Shown: one piece after another, positions 57,549 through 64,000 of the stretch
How positions within the stretch are numbered: position 1 is the first letter of the stretch
Layout: the number at the start of each line of letters is the position of its first letter
The notes under the pieces: model-generated
What the model was told of the DNA's origin: nothing
Databases searched by the model: none
Seen by the model: only the letters and a program-made list of their open reading frames with translations
Made by a program: the position numbers and the translations under genes
Source of the DNA: Schmidtea nova
Lineage: Eukaryota
DNA: 64,000 nucleotides
Reading direction: 5' to 3'
NCBI GenBank assembly: GCA_044892505.1
Contig: CM097883.1
Span: 172,670,001 to 172,734,000 of the forward strand

Positions 57549-57750
57549 AAATCGACCCCTATGAGCCAGAAACATTGAACTGTGTAACAATAAAAACATG
57601 ACAATGACAATGTGTGACTTTGTATAAATGAGTATGAAAGCTACCACCTTATGTGGTTTTGCATGTAAGTTCTGTCACGAACTTTTTATGTATGTTGATG
57701 TAGGTATATGCATGTAATTGCGGGACGCAATTTTAGGGGACCCCGAGTGA

Positions 57751-60700
57751 TGTTGGGCCAGCCAAATCGAGCAGCATCTGAAAATAATACACAATCAATA
57801 AAATAAATTTACAACAGAATAACAACAAAATAAATTACCAACACCAAAGCGTAACAAAATAGGCGGCAACATCTAAAAGAAATAAAATATAAATCAAACA
57901 ACAAAAATCTTCAAAACTCACTCATGCGAAGCAGAAAAAATTGGAATATGACAGCGCGTGGGCGGATGTCACCAAAGACCTAAAACAAAAATAAAATAAA
58001 ATAAATTGATGACTAAGAAAAACTTACCGCATGATTAACCAAACAAATCGGCAAGTTAAGTTAGGCACCAAAAAGCCGGCAACACAAAATAATGAATCAA
58101 ACATACACACATACTCGATGCTGATTGGCTAACCAACAACACCGGTTGAGTATAAATACTGAAGTAAAATCAGTATTTGACAATGTCATTTTTACTGAGT
58201 GTGAGTAACAGTAGCAACTTGTAGACAACTTGTGAAGCAGTAAATTGGAATAAAAGGTAATTTCGAGTTGCATTCTTATTGATTTAAACCCTCATAATTT
58301 TCATTGTTAATCATGATAAAATCCATAAGGTTTCCCGGAGGCCTAACAGCCTGACGGATTCTTGGGGCCTCTCAGCGCAACACAATCTTTCGGTTGTGAG
58401 GTGCTGATGCGGCGGGACCATAGGTGTTCTAAATATTTAACAAGCGGAAGGGGGAAGGGCACATCGGATATCTCATGCCATCGCAACATCAGTATGGGTA
58501 GAAGCGATTGAAGGGCGTATCATCCGTCACGACAACATCGAGTACATGGGTTTACATAAAAGAAGTGTTGATAGACAAAAGTGTTCAGCGTTCGTGAAGT
58601 CCAGTAGAGTAACGACGGTTTGGTGCAAAGGGTTAGTATGGAGATATACACTACATAGGTCAGGTGAGTTCGGAGGCTGACAGAGCTAGCGTCGGAGTAA
58701 AACCATGAATCCACAGGATGCCCCAACATATATACGCCTCACGAAGGGTACACAGGATAGTCCCACGAAATATAATACGAGCACAATCTGTACCCAATTA
58801 ACCTGAGTAAGGGGTCGAACAAGTTCCCCGGATGATGTGACCATTGTTAATTGAAAATGAGGTATGGAGATAACACCTGAGATGCGAGTGAGTATGATTG
58901 CTGTAGATATAAACCAAAATGGTCTCTGAAATGATGATATTCAAACATAATAAATGATCAAGTGATCATCATAAATGAATACAGATCGTCATAAACTACA
59001 CTGAATTTTTGCGTGGCCAAACCAGTTAAGCAACTTGACATAGTGAATACACTCAACCACATGACGATAACATACAACCTACCTACTATCTTGAACATCG
59101 AACCGATCTAACACTGAAACACCAACGGCAACCTACAGAGTTTTACTCTTGAGTCGAGTAGGTCGCCGATTATAAATAATTGCATGCACCTAACCAATTC
59201 ATCACAATCACATCTTCTTGTCTTCAGAAAAATGATCAAGACCGAAGAATATCAAAGAAGTCCGAGCACCTATCGACAGATGAAAATGGAAGATTATGTC
59301 GGCCGGGAACCACGACGCATCCGTTCCGTCGTCCGGCCAAGGAGGTTCCCTACCATCGAGGGAGAAGTGGAAGCCCCACGCAGAATTAGCGAAACTGCGC
59401 GTCGCCACCTACGACGGTGGACAAGACACCATATGAGTGCAGCCGCAGATGTTCCGGCTTGCGCCTTCACGATACAATTACGATGGGAAGGAGACCCCGA
59501 TTGGATGTCCACCATGGACCCTGCCGAACCAAGGACCGATAGATGGTTCTTCCAATTTCTCGACGAGCAGAGACGACCCCGCTGGGTATTGAGCAATGGA
59601 ATGATGACCGGAAGGGCTCTTTTCCAATTAGGATACCTGCTGCTAGACAGGCCTCGGTGTCGCTACACTGAGGAAGTCTTCACTTATTCCAATGCACCAG
59701 GAAGTGTTTCCGTAGAACAACACCCCGAGCCCAAGGAGCTTCACCTCTGGGAGGTGTTTATCTACAAAGATAAGCTGAGTTGGACCCAGCCCCAGAAATG
59801 TATTGGGAGAATGGAATTCGTCGCGACGAGCATCCTGCCGATCAGGAATTGAGGACATTCAGTTGATTGATACCGAGAAAGAATGATTGTCTTAGATATT
59901 GAAATATATGTATTGGTGTGTGACGGTCTTGTTTTGTTTTGAGTGCATGAGAACAACCTAAGGATAAGGTAGAGTTGTTTAATGACGATAGGATGACCGA
60001 AAAATCAGACACATGACATATACTAACATTAATGATATATTTACAGACATGACGGAAACCAAGGGCAGAGATTTCAAGCAAGAGGCGCGAGAACACAAGG
60101 CGCGCTCACGAGTCCTGGAGAATCGATTAAGGCAGCTGAATGAGGAGCATCAGCGGATTAAGACTACATGGTTTAACCCAGAGCGGGTTAAGTCCATCCT
60201 GCAGGCTAGGTACAGGGCAGAACGAGTAGCTGAGGAACATGCCAGAGAGATTGCAGCCCTGAAATTAGAGTTGGCGAATTATTTGAAGGTATCGACTCGC
60301 GACTTCATTACCGAACAACTACGCCCAGTGATCAGAGCTAGCACCTTTAATCGATGGATAGACACGATAGCGGTGACCACGAGCACCCAAACAGAGACCG
60401 ATACCATCGCAACCACGACGATCGAATCAACAATGAAAACTCCAGCCGGTTCGAAACGAACAAAGAGGAGGAATCGCTTAGGAGCGAAAAAGCGCAGGGA
60501 AAGACGCGCATATGCAGATCGCGTAGGAATAGAGGTAGACTTGCTCAGTGGTCTATCTGAGCAAGAACTACTAAATGTAATCCGACCCTCTGTATTATTA
60601 AACCATAAATAAATGTATGAAACGAATGACTTGACTTGTTTTGTTTGATTGTGGAATGTTTGAGAATTGAATGTAGATAAAACCCGGATTCATTTAAAGC

Positions 60701-60997
60701 TGCAGATATCTAAAAAGTACATTACCCTAGGACACTAGAAAGGAGCATAAGTGGGACCGAAAGAAAGCCACAGACACCTTCTATCGGTAGTGGTGGACCC
60801 GTGAATAAACAAGGGAATAGTAGCCGAAAGGTTGCTCACCTGCCTTGTCATTTCACAACGTTGACACAGCACCAACATGATGAGTAGTTAGGGATACATC
60901 ATGGGTGTCAGCGGGGGAATGTTTTTATGTTGGCGAGATCACCCTAACATATAAAATCATAAGGATCTCAGTTGTCAATCTAACCAACACACCAGCA
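57751..60997 (+). repeat. 3' LTR of the giant element
   Basis: Direct repeat of the 5' LTR, followed by the TSD AGTA. Confidence 0.97.
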
Positions 60998-62375
60998 AGT
61001 AAGATATCTCAGTTCATTTTTTTTTCAATTTGCTTTGACGAAACGACCGACATTTCAGCAACTGCCCAGTTGGTAATATTTATTCGAGGTGTAGATAAAT
61101 ATTTTAACGTTACAGAAGAATTGTTAAATGTGGTGCCAATGAAAGATTCAACGACTGGAACAAATATTTTTGACGTTATTATTACTCAGTTGAATATATT
61201 CAAAGCAGATTTAAAAATATTAGCAGGGAGTAACCACGGATGGTGCACCATCTATGCGCGGTTCTAAATCTGGCGCTGTTACTTTGCTTTTGTCAAAAAT
61301 TCGAGAATTGAACGTAAATTGCGATGTTATCGATATTCATTGTTTAATGCACATTGAAAATGTATGTGGAAACACTCTTGATATGAAAGCTGTAATTAAT
61401 TTTGTCATCAGAACTGTTAATTACATTCGCAAAAGTGCTCTTCGACATCGAAGATTCAAAGAATTTTTTAACTTCAGTTGAAGAAGCAGAAGGTTCCGAT
61501 GTAATTTACTACACAAACGTAAGGTAGCTAAGTCATGGAAATTGTTTAAAAAGATTTTTTTGATCTTCGAGAAGAAATCAAAACTTTCATGGAATGTGAA
61601 GAACAGGATATTGAACAATTATCTGAAGACGAATTTATTCTTAGCCTTGCATTTTATGTTGATATAACGAAATATTTAAATGAGCTCAATGTTAAACTTC
61701 AAGGCAAGGATTCGACCATAGTTGACATGTATAAATTTATCAGATCATTTGTAGATAAGTTGAAATTATTTAAAGATCATTTGTATAAAAACCAATGGGA
61801 CCATTTCGAAGCAATTAAATCAGTACATATTAATGGCAAAAATACAAAAAAATTTGCTACTGATATAGAAAAATTGATAGTTGAATTTAATGAACGGTTT
61901 TTAAAATTGTTTAGTTTAAAGCACGATATCGAACTATTTTCGAATCCATTTTCAGTTGAAATAAATTCAGCAGACGTCAAAATTCAGCTGGAATTGTTAG
62001 AACTGCAAAATGATTTGTCAGCTAAGCAGGCATTTTCAGAAAATAAAAGCAATTTCCTAAAAATTTACTTAACTGAAACTAACTATCCAAATATAAGAAA
62101 TACTTTTTTAAAGATTATTTCTTTATTCGGAATAACGTATAACTGCGAAAGATTTTTTTCGGGATTAAAATATACAAAAAATTCTTATAGAAGCAGATTA
62201 ACTGATAACAATTTAAGAAATGAATTAAGAATTTCAAATACGAGATTAGATTATAATGTAAAAGAATTAATTTAAATAAAAAAATTAAATTAAAAATTGT
62301 GTTTTTTTTTGCGGCCAGTATTTTTATTTTTCGTAAAATTTTGGCCATTCATTCCATGATCTTTGGGCACCCCTA

Positions 62376-63075
62376 ATCTAGACCATAAAAAGATTTATAG
62401 AATTTAGCCCCAGTGAAATTATTAATACATAATAACCCTGCCGAAATGGGTAAGTGCTTTTGATAATATTTGGTGTCTTTAGGTAAAATAGATTCGAAAT
62501 CGGTATAGATGACAAAAGGAGGGGTTACTGTTTTTTTCCAGTCACAAAAATCTAAAAATTTATTTTTAGGTAAGGTATACAACGTCGTACCTATTTGATT
62601 GGCGTCACAAAGACCTTGATGACGATTAAAGGTATCAATATTGCGAAAGCCATGAAGACACCTAGGACACCATTTGTTACGAATTCTCACTGGGGCTATT
62701 GCTTTAGTTTGACAGTTAAGGAACCTATTTAAATTATAATTACCAACATCATGGTAATTATTCTTTTTCTCTAACAATAACAAGTTAATGACATGTTCAG
62801 CGGTATTTTTACTTTTGTAAATGATGTCATTAAAGGGGGTGTTTCATCACTTCGCTGCTATCGCTAATGTCCACTGAAGCGTTTTCGTCATATGCAAAGA
62901 CATTTATAGAGTACTCTGTATTTAACATTTCAAATCGGCTAATGTAACTTAGCTTCATTGGCATGTCATTTATATCATACCGAAGTGAAGAAAGATTATA
63001 CGATGTTATTTCATGTCTTAACTCATTTTCTATTTCATTATAGTGTTTTACCGCTAAAACACTGTATAAAAGCAA
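62376..63075 (-). pseudogene. Polinton PolB, upstream part (C2H2-like finger, exonuclease ExoI start)
   Basis: WCPRCLHGF....FNRHQGLC and PFVIYTDFESIL. Ends FYKSFYGLD, which joins CVEQFLHEIE at 30607 across the hAT TSD. Confidence 0.88.
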
Positions 63076-63382
63076 AGGTTATCGGCGTTCCTAACATTAA
63101 CTATGCAGTCTTTACGTTGAAGAGATCTCGGCGTTTCAAGAAATTTTCTACCACTTAACCTTGCTATTTCTGAATATTTGGTGATAACGAAGCTTATGTA
63201 TTCGATTTTATGGATATTCTAATTTGATCCTTTTTCATTCATGTTAGTAATTTTCTCATTTAGAAGGGCGATACCTTCATCAACAAAAGTATTATTCCAA
63301 ACACGGGCAGAATTTGATATGACAAAAGACTGATATTCATCATCTTTTTCAAATTCTACCCTTATACAGAATTGTATTTTTA

Positions 63383-63835
63383 CTATTTCATTTGTGATAT
63401 TGTGTTTTTTAACTTATCAAGCAAAACAGAAGGCACTGAAAGTGTTTTGAAATTTAAATTTACAACATCCATCTTAACGATGATGTGCGAGTTATTAAGA
63501 TCGGTATCAACAGATAAAAGACCTCTGCCTATTTGGAAACTATTTATAATTTTAGGGGTTATTTCTTCCTCGTCTGTTGAAATAACTACAACATCATCAT
63601 CATTATCATCGTCACTTATTTCAATAATTTCAATTTTACTTATTTTCTTAGGTATTTCGCTAACTAGCTCTGTTTGTTTTCTTTTTATTAAGATGGGAAC
63701 TCTGTCCACATTATTGATTAATTGGTTGGGAACACTGTCCACATTACAAGAGTTTGGGACAGAGTCCACATTATCAATTAATTTTTTGGGAACGCAGTCC
63801 ACATTACGTTTTAATAAATTGGGAACGCAGTCCAC
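63383..63835 (-). CDS. Hypothetical protein fragment upstream of PolB with five VD[C/S/R]VP repeats and an acidic patch
   Basis: ORF track; underlying imperfect repeats tgggaacrcwgtccacatt at about 63695-63840. Confidence 0.35.
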   Translation of the reverse strand: MDCVPNLLKRNVDCVPKKLIDNVDSVPNSCNVDSVPNQLINNVDRVPILIKRKQTELVSEIPKKISKIEIIEISDDDNDDDVVVISTDEEEITPKIINSFQIGRGLLSVDTDLNNSHIIVKMDVVNLNFKTLSVPSVLLDKLKNTISQMK

Positions 63836-64000
63836 ATTAGATTTATTTATTAATGTATTTGAAAAAATGCTATTAAAAAGTGTCTTTTTTGATCCTATAA
63901 ATTGTCCTAAGTGATTGCAGTGTTTACAATAAAAGTTGATATATGTGCATGTTTCTAAAGTTTTGCATGTGGGGCATAAAAAAAAACACAGTTATATTTG

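Larger units (their letters stand above)
31680..60997 (+). mobile_element. Giant Ty3/gypsy-type LTR retroelement / candidate endogenous retrovirus, 29,318 bp
   Basis: TG...CA LTRs at 31680-34926 and 57751-60997 (3,247 bp each, offset 26,071). 4-bp TSD AGTA (31676-31679 and 60998-61001). Excision restores the hAT frame EDTLISKISQF. Domain order PR-RT-RH-IN. Confidence 0.97.
30616..62375 (+). mobile_element. hAT (Charlie/SPIN, GTF2IRD2-like transposase) DNA transposon, about 2.44 kb without the nested LTR element
   Basis: TIRs CAGGGATGCCCAAAG (30616) and CTTTGGGCACCCCTA (62361-62375). 8-bp TSD ATCTAGTC / ATCTAGAC (NTCTAGAN-type target). Transposase pieces at 31182-31679 (BED-like CLIC..H; KPHSDGEFIKDC..LSRNTV.RRI) and 61002-62275 (DETTD, IHCLMH, F..TY.CE..FS), with frameshifts. 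Confidence 0.93.

Overview
AT-rich eukaryotic (animal) genomic DNA. The composition and 45-47 bp introns are compatible with a planarian-type genome, but the species cannot be determined from sequence alone. There is one intact host gene: an 8-exon SLC3-family amino-acid transporter heavy chain (15299-26058). The rest is nested mobile DNA. (1) Decayed Polinton/Maverick pieces on + (integrase, two tandem minor-capsid-like genes, major capsid, adenain protease, PolB fragment); the capsid gene is split by a 4.57-kb Ty3/gypsy element with 104-bp LTRs. (2) piggyBac and Penelope remnants. (3) A second Polinton PolB on -, split by a Charlie/SPIN-type hAT transposon (30616-62375), itself split by a young 29,318-bp Ty3/gypsy-type LTR element (31680-60997; 3,247-bp LTRs, AGTA TSD, tRNA-Pro PBS). 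The giant element is the highlight. One reading frame runs Gag, three ubiquitin-like modules, an AT-hook, a Bcl-2-like segment, an internal signal peptide with a chuvirus/class-III-like envelope glycoprotein, PR-RT-RNaseH-IN, ankyrin repeats and, across one TAA, four FN3-like repeats with TM segments. It also carries a full TRAF, an IAP-type RING, coiled-coil and membrane ORFs, two LTR-encoded ORFs, two leader repeat arrays (one a bulged hairpin with a compensatory change), and splice-acceptor-like AGs just before accessory ATGs. Domain calls come from motif recognition by eye; no searches were run.
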